DNA of 64,000 nt from SAR202 cluster bacterium (lineage in GTDB: Bacteria; Chloroflexota; Dehalococcoidia; Lucifugimonadales; GCA-2719675). Shown here piece after piece: positions 17,348 through 27,245 of the stretch. The stretch lies in assembly GCA_009392295.1 (NCBI GenBank), contig VFGW01000008.1:138842-202841 (forward strand), given 5' to 3'. The notes below the pieces were generated by a model. That model saw nothing but the letters and a program-made list of their open reading frames with translations, did not search any database and had not been told where the DNA came from. Each line of letters begins with the position of its first letter. The first letter of the stretch is position 1. The position numbers and the translations under genes are program-made.

Positions 17348-18709
17348 TTATCCCATTTTTGTTGCGGATGCTAGAGAATCTTGATTTTGCTCGAAACTTT
17401 TTTCTAATTCTCCTGAGGAATTTATTTCTCTTAGGCTATTATTTATTCCTTCTAGAAGCCAGTCCAACTCTTTTTTCTCATGAAATATTGATGACGTAAA
17501 TCGTCCTCCGCCTCCGACTATAAAATTTTTCGGCAATTGAATTGAAAGTAGAGATTTAAGTTTCAAATTTGTGTGTAATGTATCTCTATAATTCAATACA
17601 GATTTGGATGTGAAAAAAAATTCTACTATTGAGCCAGTACCTGTCATGAAATAAGGGATTTTGTATTGCGAGAAAATATGTGATAATTCAGCTCTGAGTG
17701 AATCTCCAAATTCATTAAGTTTATTATAATTTTGAGGGTTTTGTAGTTCTGATATACACGTTAATGCTGCGATACTTGAGATTGGATTTGAATGGAAGCT
17801 TCCGATTGAAAATATTCTGTTTTTGTCTGATGATTTTGGATCTAGGAAATTCATAATTTTTTCATTACCTACGATTGCTCCTATTGGATATCCCCCACCG
17901 AGCGCCTTACCATAGATAGCAATATCTGGTTTGATTCTAAAAAATTCCTGTGCGCCTCCTAGAGACAATCTATATCCAGTTATTACTTCATCAAAGATTA
18001 ATGGGATGTTTTCTTTTGAAGAAATTTTTCGAATTCCTTCTAGAAATGATTGATCAGTTTCTAGCCCTCGCATGACAGGTTCAATGATTATCCCAGCGAT
18101 TTCTGAGCGATACTTTAAGATAATTTTTTTAGTTTGTTTTAGATCATTGTAAGGTGCAATTAAAATTTCCTCATTTAATGTTTTAGGCATTCCAATTGAG
18201 TCTGGAGTAGGAATAGGGTAATCATTCCAGTTTTTTGAGTTTCCGTAATTTGTATTGAATAATAAATTGTCTGCGAATCCATGGTAAGCACCTTCAAATT
18301 TCAATATTAGATTTTTACCGGTGTAGGCACGAACGATTCTGGTTGCTAATATTGATGCTTCTGTACCAGAGTTGACTAAGCGAATTTTTTCAGCACAAGG
18401 GATAGTTTTGGACATTATTTCAGAAAGTTCTATAGCAGGCTCAGTAATATTAGTAAAAGCAGATCCTTTATCAATTTGATTTTTTACAGCATTAGAAATT
18501 TTCGGATTGTTATGCCCAAGAATTAATGAAGAATGTGCTAAGGTAACATCGAGCATTTTTTCATTTTTTGTAGTATAAACATATGCACCATTTCCTCTGT
18601 CCAAGATAAATTCAGGTAATCCGGGTACATTTTGACCAGCTGTATAATATGATGCGCCTGGGATATATTTTGAAGCTTTTTTTATCAAATTTGTTGATTT
18701 TTTAATCAT
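17348..18709 (-). CDS. Class III PLP aminotransferase (glutamate-1-semialdehyde aminomutase-like).
   Basis: LIFDEVITGYRLSLGGAQ and the PLP lysine region YGKALGGGYPIGA are present. The N-terminus differs from a typical HemL. Confidence 0.8.
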   Translation of the reverse strand: MIKKSTNLIKKASKYIPGASYYTAGQNVPGLPEFILDRGNGAYVYTTKNEKMLDVTLAHSSLILGHNNPKISNAVKNQIDKGSAFTNITEPAIELSEIMSKTIPCAEKIRLVNSGTEASILATRIVRAYTGKNLILKFEGAYHGFADNLLFNTNYGNSKNWNDYPIPTPDSIGMPKTLNEEILIAPYNDLKQTKKIILKYRSEIAGIIIEPVMRGLETDQSFLEGIRKISSKENIPLIFDEVITGYRLSLGGAQEFFRIKPDIAIYGKALGGGYPIGAIVGNEKIMNFLDPKSSDKNRIFSIGSFHSNPISSIAALTCISELQNPQNYNKLNEFGDSLRAELSHIFSQYKIPYFMTGTGSIVEFFFTSKSVLNYRDTLHTNLKLKSLLSIQLPKNFIVGGGGRFTSSIFHEKKELDWLLEGINNSLREINSSGELEKSFEQNQDSLASATKMG

Positions 18710-18835
18710 GTTTTGACTCTTTGGGGTTAATTTTAAAATAGTTAAAGCAAAAAATATACCAAGCGAATTTTATAATAACTAATGAGATAGGCATAAATAT
18801 AGTCTTAAATATTTATTACGTGCTACTATTTGTAT

Positions 18836-20704
18836 ATGAACTCAGAATTTATTCGAAATTTTTGTATTATTGCTCATATAGATCACGGCAAGTCAACTTT
18901 AGCTGACAGGTTGCTTGAAATTTCAGAATTAACTAGATCCCCAAAAGATTTGGTTGAACAGAGATTAGACTCAATGGAATTAGAGCGTGAAAGAGGAATA
19001 ACTATTAAGGCCAAACCAGTTAAGATAGACTATACAAGTCATACTGGTAAAAAATACCAATTTAATTTAATTGACACTCCTGGACATGTTGATTTTAGTT
19101 ATGAGGTGTCAAGAAGTTTAACGGCATGTGAGGGTGTTATATTAGTTGTTGATGCTACCCAGGGTATTCAGGCGCAAACTTTAGCAAATGTTTATCAAGC
19201 TTTAGATAATAACTTACATATAATACCGGTTGTAAATAAAATTGATATGAGTGCAGCTGAACCTGATCGAATTGCTGAAGAATTAAGTTCTTCATTTGGC
19301 TTTATGATGAATGAGATTTTAATGATTTCTGCTAAAACAGGCAAAGGGGTTGATTTAGTTCTAGAAGCTATTGTGGAAAGAATCCCCGCTCCAAAAGGTG
19401 ATTTGAATCTTCCTTTTAGGTCGTTAATTTTTGATTCAAAATATGATTCTTATAAAGGAGTGGTGGCTTATGTCAAAGTTGTAGATGGTTGTGTTAAAAC
19501 TGGTGATCAAATATCAATAATGTCTACTAATAAAAAAAGTGAAATTTTAGAACTAGGATGCTTTTTGCCAAATGAAGTTAAACTAAACAGATTAGATTCT
19601 GGTGAAGTTGGTTATATTGCCACAGGATTAAAAGATGTTAAAGATGTTCCAGTCGGAGATACAATTACATCGTTTTTGAACCCAACGTCTCAGCCTCTTG
19701 AAAAATATACACCTTTTAATCCTATGGTTTTTGCCGGTTTATATCCGGTTGAAGGACAAGATTACACTCTTCTAAGAGATGCAATTGATAAATTAAAACT
19801 TAATGATTCTTCTTTGGTTTCTCAACCTGAAAATTCTGTAGCATTAGGATTTGGTTTTAGATGTGGTTTCCTAGGCCTGCTTCATATGGAAGTAGTTCAG
19901 GAAAGACTTGAACGTGAATTTAATTTAAATCTTTTGGTTACTTCTCCAAGTGTTTCATATCAAGTTGTTTTAAATGATGGTGAAGTGATTGAAGTTGATA
20001 ATCCTTCTAAATTGCCAGAAATTAATTTGATTAGTGAGATTCGAGAGCCATGGATCAAAACTACAATTTTAGTTCCAGTTTCTTATATGGGCAGTGTGAT
20101 AGATTTAGTAAAGTCTAAAAGAGGTGAGTCAAAATCTATTGATTACATCCAACATCATTATGAATCCCAAAATCCTAGCATTGATTCTGCTGGAAATGGT
20201 CAGTTTTTAGATCGGTCAAGGGTTATGTTGGAATTTGAAATGCCTATGGCTGAAATGTTAGCAGATTTTTATGATTCTTTAAAATCATCAACCCAAGGAT
20301 ATGGCTCTATGGATTATTCATTTGACGGCTATAAGGCAAGCCAACTAGTTAAATTAGATTTATTAGTAAATGGCGAAAAAGTAGATGCATTGTCATCGAT
20401 AGTTCATAAGGAATCAGCATATCGATTAGGTAAAAATATAGTATCCAAGCTCAAGGAATTAATTCCTAGGCAAATGTTTGAAATAGCAATTCAAGCTTCC
20501 ATAGGCAGTAGGGTGATTTCACGAGAAACAATTAGTGCTTTAAGAAAAAATGTTTTGGCAAAATGCTATGGTGGCGATGTTACAAGGAAAAGAAAATTGT
20601 TGCAACGCCAGGCTGAAGGGAAAAAAAGGATGAAGAGAGTAGGTAGCGTAGATATTCCTCAAGAAGCTTTTTTAAGTATTTTGAAAGTTGATAATACCCA
20701 ATAG
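18836..20704 (+). CDS. lepA: Translation elongation factor 4 (LepA).
   Basis: Motifs seen: IRNFCIIAHIDHGKST, DTPGHVDF, NKID and the LepA C-terminal block (KCYGGDVTRKRKLL). The ORF track starts 2 codons earlier at a TTG. Confidence 0.95.
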   Translation: MNSEFIRNFCIIAHIDHGKSTLADRLLEISELTRSPKDLVEQRLDSMELERERGITIKAKPVKIDYTSHTGKKYQFNLIDTPGHVDFSYEVSRSLTACEGVILVVDATQGIQAQTLANVYQALDNNLHIIPVVNKIDMSAAEPDRIAEELSSSFGFMMNEILMISAKTGKGVDLVLEAIVERIPAPKGDLNLPFRSLIFDSKYDSYKGVVAYVKVVDGCVKTGDQISIMSTNKKSEILELGCFLPNEVKLNRLDSGEVGYIATGLKDVKDVPVGDTITSFLNPTSQPLEKYTPFNPMVFAGLYPVEGQDYTLLRDAIDKLKLNDSSLVSQPENSVALGFGFRCGFLGLLHMEVVQERLEREFNLNLLVTSPSVSYQVVLNDGEVIEVDNPSKLPEINLISEIREPWIKTTILVPVSYMGSVIDLVKSKRGESKSIDYIQHHYESQNPSIDSAGNGQFLDRSRVMLEFEMPMAEMLADFYDSLKSSTQGYGSMDYSFDGYKASQLVKLDLLVNGEKVDALSSIVHKESAYRLGKNIVSKLKELIPRQMFEIAIQASIGSRVISRETISALRKNVLAKCYGGDVTRKRKLLQRQAEGKKRMKRVGSVDIPQEAFLSILKVDNTQ

Positions 20705-20831
20705 AATTTAGAGGGGTATGATTTTTGTATATTTGACACATTATGTATAGTTGTATATATTCTTATTTCATTCGATAGACATTAGTGTTTTTAAATAATT
20801 GGGGATTTATAGTTGATAAGGAGTGATATTT

Positions 20832-21062
20832 ATGAGTATAGGTTATGTCAGCTTTGGCTGGATCGGTGAGAATCGTTCGATCAAAGTGATTATAAAAGAT
20901 GGTTTATGGCACACCGAACATCTTATTGATGGTAAACCCGATGAACATTTAATCAAAGTTTTTGGTGCAAATATATTACCTACTCCGTGGAGTGAAGAGG
21001 TTGATCAAGAAACAGTTATTAAAGAACTGCAAGAACGGAATTTGCATGCAAAAATTAGCTAA
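20832..21062 (+). CDS. Hypothetical small protein (76 aa).
   Basis: AAGGAG lies 8 nt upstream of the ATG. I recognise no family. Confidence 0.45.
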   Translation: MSIGYVSFGWIGENRSIKVIIKDGLWHTEHLIDGKPDEHLIKVFGANILPTPWSEEVDQETVIKELQERNLHAKIS

Positions 21063-21107
21063 TATATTTGTTTTCATTTTTGCAATTTTTTGAATTGAAG
21101 TTGATTG

Positions 21108-22289
21108 ATGTTTGAGCCTGTGTATGGAAATCACTTGGTTGGAAATATTCAAACGGTTTCAGGGCCAATTTCTAATAATGATTTAGGCATTACTTTAATG
21201 CATGAACATATTTTGCTTGATCAACAAGCAAGGGAACGAAGATCATTAAAGGTACGCGCTAAAAAAGATAATTTTTTTTCTAAAGGTGTTCCATCTACAT
21301 TTTTGAATGATTGGGACAAAAAAAAATTAAACATTGATAATTTAAGTGATTCTATGAGTAATAGGTATTCAATAGCTGATAATTATTATTTGAATGACCT
21401 TAATTTAGCTCAAATGGAACTTAATAATTATTTTTCAAGAGGTGGAGATTCAGTTGTTGATTTAACAGTACGTGGAATAGGTAGAGATCCATTAGGGTTA
21501 TTTCAAATTTCTTCATTGACTGGGATAAATATTATTATGGGTACTGGTTGGTATGTACCAGATTTTCATCCTGTCGATATGGATTCTCGTACAATTGATA
21601 GCTTAGTAGAGGAATTAGTAAAAGAAATCTGTGTAGGAGTTGATTCAACTTTTATTCGTGCTGGAATAATTGGAGAAATTGGAATCCAAGATGGTAAATT
21701 AACAGAAAATGAAATCAAAATTGTTAAAGCTGTTTCTAGAGCGAGTATTTCTACTGGAACATCTATATCTTTTCATTATGGAGGAACTGGAAGAGAAAGG
21801 TTTAATTTATTAGACATCATTAAAAATGAAGGTTGTCCAGTTGATCGGATTATTTTGGGACATAGTGATTTGATTGCAGGAGATTTAGATTTAATTTTGG
21901 AATTATTAGAAAATGGTATTTATATACAATTCGATTTGTTGGGTAGAGTAGGAGCTCATCTAACGTTAGAGCCTATAGATTCAAGTAATCCTTGGCCCTC
22001 GTATCTAAATACATCAAATACTGCATTGGTTTCAAAAGTATTACCAACTTTAATTTCTTATGGTTATGTGGATAAAATTTTATTGTCACAAGATATTTGT
22101 ACTAAAATACAATTGAAAAAATTTGGTGGAACAGGTTATTCATTTATTTTGGAAAGTCTAGTTCCTCATCTTTTAGAAATTGGAATTTCTAAAGAGGATA
22201 TAGAAACAATATTAGTTAAGAATCCTAGGGATGTTTTGAAAATCAAAGAATTTAATTTAAATTTGCTCTCGAAGTATATTCAATGTTAA
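21108..22289 (+). CDS. Phosphotriesterase-family (PTE/PHP-like) metal hydrolase.
   Basis: It has the GITLMHEHI HxH motif, the TIM-barrel pattern IGEIG, and HSD. Confidence 0.8.
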   Translation: MFEPVYGNHLVGNIQTVSGPISNNDLGITLMHEHILLDQQARERRSLKVRAKKDNFFSKGVPSTFLNDWDKKKLNIDNLSDSMSNRYSIADNYYLNDLNLAQMELNNYFSRGGDSVVDLTVRGIGRDPLGLFQISSLTGINIIMGTGWYVPDFHPVDMDSRTIDSLVEELVKEICVGVDSTFIRAGIIGEIGIQDGKLTENEIKIVKAVSRASISTGTSISFHYGGTGRERFNLLDIIKNEGCPVDRIILGHSDLIAGDLDLILELLENGIYIQFDLLGRVGAHLTLEPIDSSNPWPSYLNTSNTALVSKVLPTLISYGYVDKILLSQDICTKIQLKKFGGTGYSFILESLVPHLLEIGISKEDIETILVKNPRDVLKIKEFNLNLLSKYIQC

Positions 22290-23335
22290 AAGAATCTTTA
22301 TTGAGATCATATTTAAAGAAATTTTCTAGGTCTTTTTATATTACTTTAGTAATCCTGCCTAGAAGGATTTTTCAACCTATAGCAGTTGCTTATTTGTTAG
22401 CCAGAATTGCTGATACTATTACGGATACATTATCAAGTGTGCCTTTTAATAAAAAACGTGATTTTTTACTGAGTTTTAAAGATCAAATTGATAATGAAAA
22501 TTTGAATGAAGCATTTAATAATAAATTTAAAAATTTTTTAATTGAGTTAGAAAAATATCCTGTTCAAAAAAAATTAGTGAATTTTATACCTAATTTATTT
22601 CCTTATTATTTATCATTGAATCGATATGAACTCGATCATGTAAAAGCAATAGTGAATAAATTGATCAATGGGATGGAAAAAGATTTGATTTTATTCAAAT
22701 CTAATGATTTAAATAAAGTTGTTACATTAGATACATTTCATGACTTTGATTTGTATACATATAATGTCGCTGGGTGTGTTGGAGAATTTTGGACAGAGAT
22801 TAGCTTAAAAAAAGAGAAAGAAATTTCTCCAGTAAATTACCAGAAGATGATTGTGTTTGCGATTCAGTTTGGTAAAGCATTACAGATAACAAATATAATT
22901 CGAGATATTAAGAATGATTATGCAATGGACAGATGTTACATACCAAATCAATTGTTTAGTATGTTTGATTTGGAACCCAAGGATTTGATTCAAGGTAAAC
23001 TTTCAAATTCTGCACAAAAACTTCTTGGATATCTAATTGAGATTAATTTGAAAAATTATTCATATGCAATTGAATATTTTTTGTTAATTCCTAAAACAAA
23101 ATTTAGACTTAGGCTGGCATGTTTAATTCCAATTTTGATTGGTCTTAAAACAATAAAGAAGATTTCTTCAAATAAAAATTTCAAAAATTTTGTTGATCAT
23201 TCGAGTGTAAAAATTTCCAGGATATCGGTCTATATTATTATAATTAATGCTTTTTTGATTGTGATTTCACGTAGGTTTTCTAAATCGTATCTTTATTCAA
23301 CAATTGACCAAGTTAGGTCAATTTTAAACAAGTAA
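22283..23335 (+). CDS. Squalene/phytoene synthase-family prenyltransferase with a hydrophobic C-terminal segment.
   Basis: Motifs seen: SRSFYIT, ARIADTITD (DxxxD), YNVAGCVGEFW, and NIIRDIKNDYAMDRCYIP (second Asp-rich motif). The C-terminal stretch ISVYIIIINAFLIVIS is hydrophobic. Confidence 0.75.
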   Translation: MLKESLLRSYLKKFSRSFYITLVILPRRIFQPIAVAYLLARIADTITDTLSSVPFNKKRDFLLSFKDQIDNENLNEAFNNKFKNFLIELEKYPVQKKLVNFIPNLFPYYLSLNRYELDHVKAIVNKLINGMEKDLILFKSNDLNKVVTLDTFHDFDLYTYNVAGCVGEFWTEISLKKEKEISPVNYQKMIVFAIQFGKALQITNIIRDIKNDYAMDRCYIPNQLFSMFDLEPKDLIQGKLSNSAQKLLGYLIEINLKNYSYAIEYFLLIPKTKFRLRLACLIPILIGLKTIKKISSNKNFKNFVDHSSVKISRISVYIIIINAFLIVISRRFSKSYLYSTIDQVRSILNK

Positions 23336-23407
23336 ATATTTGTTGTATCACTTAGTTACTGCTGTTAAAATTAGTTATAAATAAATATTTGAAAGGTGAT
23401 TATTTTG

Positions 23408-23893
23408 ATGAATAAGTGGTTTTTGGTAACTCTTTTTAGTATATTTTCTGTGTTTTTGTTTTCCTGTAGCTCTGCTGAAGATAATTCGGAGGTTACTGAA
23501 ACATCTTATTCAAAGCCTCCTACAGCATCTGAGCAAGCAATACAGTCTGCTTCAAAATCTTTAGGCACAACTGTTTCTTCATCTGATTCATCTAATTCAA
23601 ATCTTACAGGTGGTACACGGGTGGAGATTAAATTGCGAGATGATAAAGGAAGTGGTGCTTATGTGTATACTCCTGCTGATTTTACATTTAAAGTTGGGCA
23701 AGTAGTTAATTTTGTAATGACGTCTGAGACAGAGTTACATACTTTTACTGTTGATGATTTAAATATAGATCAGTCTGTAGATGCTGGGGAAACAGTGGAA
23801 TTTTCTTTCAAATTTGATAAGCCAGGTACTTTTGAATTGATTTGCATACCTCATGAAACTCAAGGTATGATTGGTAAAATCACTGTTCAGTAG
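23408..23893 (+). CDS. Type-1 copper (cupredoxin, plastocyanin/amicyanin-like) lipoprotein.
   Basis: A signal peptide with lipobox (LFSC) is followed by a Ser-rich linker. Copper ligands are LHTF and CIPHETQGM (C-x2-H-x4-M). GAAAGGTGA lies upstream of the ATG. Confidence 0.8.
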   Translation: MNKWFLVTLFSIFSVFLFSCSSAEDNSEVTETSYSKPPTASEQAIQSASKSLGTTVSSSDSSNSNLTGGTRVEIKLRDDKGSGAYVYTPADFTFKVGQVVNFVMTSETELHTFTVDDLNIDQSVDAGETVEFSFKFDKPGTFELICIPHETQGMIGKITVQ

Positions 23894-24595
23894 TTAAGGG
23901 TATACTCCTTGATATCCTTTTTTAACCAAGGTTGGGTAATAGAAAAATAAGCTCTGGACTTGTCCTTTATCGTCGATATACCAACTATAACTTCCTTCTC
24001 CTTTTGATTGATGATTATCTCTTGATGCTGATTTTGGTAATTCATCGATTTCTTTACCTATTAAGAATTCAAAATTAATGAAACAATCTCTTGAGTCGAT
24101 TTCATATTCTGTTTCGCCACGGGTAATTTGTACGGTATTCCAATGTTCTGAAGCGATACCTATATTTCTATAATATAGAGACTCACTTGTTTGATTTATT
24201 CTAGTACCGTCATTATTTGAATCATCTGTCCAAGATGGTGTGCAGCCTATAGTTCCTCCTAATGGGTTTGATTTTAATCCAGTGCCCAAAGTAGTAATTT
24301 CTGATGAATTTGCTGAAGTAGATTTTAAGGCATTTTCTGTTCCTTTATTGGTTTGACCCCAAATTGGATATTGCCGTTTACCTATAAATTTTGTATTGCT
24401 TAATTTACTATAATTAGAATTTACAGCAATTTGAATTTTTCTTTTATCTGCTTCGTATGCATTTTCTTTTGAATTATCTAAGTAGCCAGTAAGAGTTGGT
24501 ACTGTAATTGCTGCAATTACACCCATAATTGCGATTACAACTATTAGTTCTATTAAAGTGAATCCAAATTCTGTTTTAATTTTATTTTTTTTCAT
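23894..24595 (-). CDS. Type IV pilin-like protein.
   Basis: It has the prepilin leader and cleavage motif KTEFG/FTLIELIVVIAIMGVIAA. Confidence 0.8.
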   Translation of the reverse strand: MKKNKIKTEFGFTLIELIVVIAIMGVIAAITVPTLTGYLDNSKENAYEADKRKIQIAVNSNYSKLSNTKFIGKRQYPIWGQTNKGTENALKSTSANSSEITTLGTGLKSNPLGGTIGCTPSWTDDSNNDGTRINQTSESLYYRNIGIASEHWNTVQITRGETEYEIDSRDCFINFEFLIGKEIDELPKSASRDNHQSKGEGSYSWYIDDKGQVQSLFFYYPTLVKKGYQGVYP

Positions 24596-24605
24596 GTGAA
24601 TAATT

Positions 24606-25694
24606 TTATTTAATAATTAGAGATTGTTGTCCAGGAATGATTTTGACAATTTCTTCAGGATCAATTGTTGTTTTGCCTGTAATTGTCCATCTATAAACAT
24701 TTGGATTTTTAGGATTTTTGATTACATTTACTTTTTTATTATTGCCAAATATTGTTAATTTCCATCTTTCGTCAGATAGATTATAGCTTGTAGATTGATC
24801 TGTTCTGTCCAAAATAATATTTATTTCTCCAGGAGATTTGTCTGTAGGAGGAATTAGAATGACGTTATGAATTTTATCTGTTTTCGGCAATAGGTTTTCT
24901 TTGATTTTGGTATTCATAAAATCTGGGTAGTCAATTTTTAGAATCCATTTATTTAGCATGCTAGTCGTTTTTAATTGTCCTGTGAATTCAATTCTTGTTC
25001 CAGGTTTCCATGGGTTATTTTCTGAAATATTACCTCTTAATTCTCCAATTACTGTATTTAAGTCTAATGTTTGAGAATCTAATGCATATTCTTGGGGTAT
25101 TGTGATTTTTATTTCTTTTAATGAAGATTCGTCTTTATTTGTTGCCAAATCGAATTCATAAATTGAGAATTTTTCAGGTTGATTAGTTGTTATACTGGAT
25201 ACATTAAATCTACTGTTCGCAGGAGGTATTAACGGAGATCCTGCAGAAGCAAAAAACAATATGCCTCTTTGAATATCAATTCTCCAACTAACAGAATTTG
25301 AGGAAGTAGGTATTTGTTTAAGAAAATCTGGGACAAATGATTGGGATGAATTTTGATTTAGTTTAGCATCAAAATTTAGTAATCTAACACCAAAATCTTT
25401 TTCTGTATTGTTTATAGTTTTTGGTAATAAGTTTGAATCTGTATCGTCTAGTTTAATTATTGGATATTGCCTCGGAGATGATAAATTAAAAAAACTATCT
25501 ACAGCAGTACTGATGGTAACTTGATCGGCAGAGAGTCTTACATTTTTGCTTGATTGTGGAATTTTACTTACTGCTATCGAAACTAAACCAGCTAAAATAC
25601 CTAAGATAACCAGGACTGCCAGTAACTCTGTAAGAGTAAATCCTTTTTCATCTTTTAATCTGATAGTTTGATTTAATAGGTGTTTCTTTATCAT
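24606..25694 (-). CDS. Large (362 aa) pilin-like protein, possibly a minor pilin or tip subunit.
   Basis: An 18-aa leader precedes G/FTLTELLAVLVILGILAG. The C-terminal domain is large and unrecognised. Confidence 0.7.
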   Translation of the reverse strand: MIKKHLLNQTIRLKDEKGFTLTELLAVLVILGILAGLVSIAVSKIPQSSKNVRLSADQVTISTAVDSFFNLSSPRQYPIIKLDDTDSNLLPKTINNTEKDFGVRLLNFDAKLNQNSSQSFVPDFLKQIPTSSNSVSWRIDIQRGILFFASAGSPLIPPANSRFNVSSITTNQPEKFSIYEFDLATNKDESSLKEIKITIPQEYALDSQTLDLNTVIGELRGNISENNPWKPGTRIEFTGQLKTTSMLNKWILKIDYPDFMNTKIKENLLPKTDKIHNVILIPPTDKSPGEINIILDRTDQSTSYNLSDERWKLTIFGNNKKVNVIKNPKNPNVYRWTITGKTTIDPEEIVKIIPGQQSLIIK

Positions 25695-25714
25695 AATCCT
25701 ATTAATTTCTTATT

Positions 25715-26413
25715 TTAAGGGAAAATATTTTGAAACCCTGTTTTTGATTCAATCGGTAATTCTGCTAAAAGCGTTTGTACAGTTCCATTTTTGTCTATAA
25801 AATAAATGTATGAACCAGTACATGTAGATGTAGGACAGTTTTCTTGAGCTGCAGATTTAGGGTAGTTCCTGAACATATCTGATAAAAGATCAAAGTTGAT
25901 AAAATAGTCCCTACTATCTACGTAGTATGTGTTTGATAAATAAGTAATTTTTGAAACATGCCATCCAAATTGATTTGGATCTGAGTCTTCATCATTTAAA
26001 ATATTTTCAACAGATTGATCTCTTTTATTGTCTCCGTTATCAAGCCATTTTGGAAATCCTCCAGATCCACCATAAAAAGGGTTGGAATTGATTCCGTCGC
26101 TTAACACATTTGGCTGAGAATTTTGGTCTCCTTCGTAGAATTGGGTGGAAATTTTAGTAGCTCCAATAATCGGAAACTGCATTTCCCCATGCCATCTTGG
26201 GTTGTTTTCTGAGACTAAATATTGATCTACTACTGATTGGATTTTTGCAACTTCTTGTCTATATGCTTCTTCTTGGCTTTGACCAAAATGTCTTATCAGA
26301 GAAGGCGTAACAATAGAAGTTAGTACTCCCATAATTGCAATTACAACTATCAGTTCAATTAACGTAAAACCTCTAGATTTTTTAATTTGTTTTTTGATGC
26401 TATAAGTTTTCAT
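25715..26413 (-). CDS. Type IV pilin-like protein, paralogue of 23894-24595.
   Basis: It has SRG/FTLIELIVVIAIMGVL. It shares a C-terminal module with the paralogue (DSRDYFINF, GSYIYFIDKNGTVQTL). Confidence 0.8.
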   Translation of the reverse strand: MKTYSIKKQIKKSRGFTLIELIVVIAIMGVLTSIVTPSLIRHFGQSQEEAYRQEVAKIQSVVDQYLVSENNPRWHGEMQFPIIGATKISTQFYEGDQNSQPNVLSDGINSNPFYGGSGGFPKWLDNGDNKRDQSVENILNDEDSDPNQFGWHVSKITYLSNTYYVDSRDYFINFDLLSDMFRNYPKSAAQENCPTSTCTGSYIYFIDKNGTVQTLLAELPIESKTGFQNIFP

Positions 26414-26417
26414 GTGT

Positions 26418-27221
26418 TTATATTATATATCTAATTGTGTTAAATGCGGAATCACCAAATATTAATATTAATAATGCTCCAAAAGATATAAATATTGCAT
26501 AGGGAATTTCATATTTCAAACTTTTCTTCTTGATTGTTAATAAATAAATAGCAACTAATCCACCTGTTATAGATGTTATCCACCATGAAAGCAATATGCT
26601 AGGGAAACCTAAAATTATTCCTGTAAAACAAGCTAATTTCCAATCACCACCACCCATACCTTTTGGATATTTTAAAAATATAATTAAAGGTAGGGCTAAA
26701 GAACCTATTCCAGAGAAAGTGGAATTGATTAGAGGTGCAAAAACTCCTGAAAGCCCTGGAAATGTTTTTGGAGTAGAAAGTACGTTCCAAAAAGGTGACA
26801 TTAATATTCCTATAAAATTAGAAGGTATAATTAACCTATTAGGAATAATTTTATGTTCAAGGTCTATTGCTGAAATTACAATTAATATATAAGTGCTTGT
26901 AATAATAGGAATTAGTGTGAAATTAAAATTGTGATTTTGGAATATAAGAATTGTAATTATCCCAGTGATTACTTCAACAATGGGTTGTCTTTGATTAATT
27001 TTTCCTTTACAAGTTTTACATTTCCCTTTCAGTACAAAATAACTGATTATAGGAATTAACTCAGTAGCAGATAATTTTTTGTTACACAAATCACATTGAG
27101 ATCTTGAAAATATTATGGATGTATATTCTGGTGTGCGATCGATTAAAGTATTAATGAAACTGCCAAAAAATATGCCTAAAATTGCGGGGAATAAGTTTTG
27201 AAAGAGTGAATTTAAGTCCAA
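26418..27221 (-). CDS. pilD: Prepilin peptidase (A24 family).
   Basis: The N-terminal region has CDLC and CKTC cysteine pairs. It is polytopic, with a GGGDWKL aspartyl motif. Confidence 0.9.
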   Translation of the reverse strand: MDLNSLFQNLFPAILGIFFGSFINTLIDRTPEYTSIIFSRSQCDLCNKKLSATELIPIISYFVLKGKCKTCKGKINQRQPIVEVITGIITILIFQNHNFNFTLIPIITSTYILIVISAIDLEHKIIPNRLIIPSNFIGILMSPFWNVLSTPKTFPGLSGVFAPLINSTFSGIGSLALPLIIFLKYPKGMGGGDWKLACFTGIILGFPSILLSWWITSITGGLVAIYLLTIKKKSLKYEIPYAIFISFGALLILIFGDSAFNTIRYII

Positions 27222-27245
27222 TTATTCATATTCTCCGGAATAATG

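Noticed and set aside
23408-24595. A cupredoxin gene abutting the pilin genes, as a hint of an electron-transfer (conductive pilus) module.
   Set aside because: The two genes are convergent and merely share a stop-to-stop junction, so they are not co-transcribed. The pilins show no aromatic-rich short-pilin character. The proximity is best explained by the general compaction of this genome.
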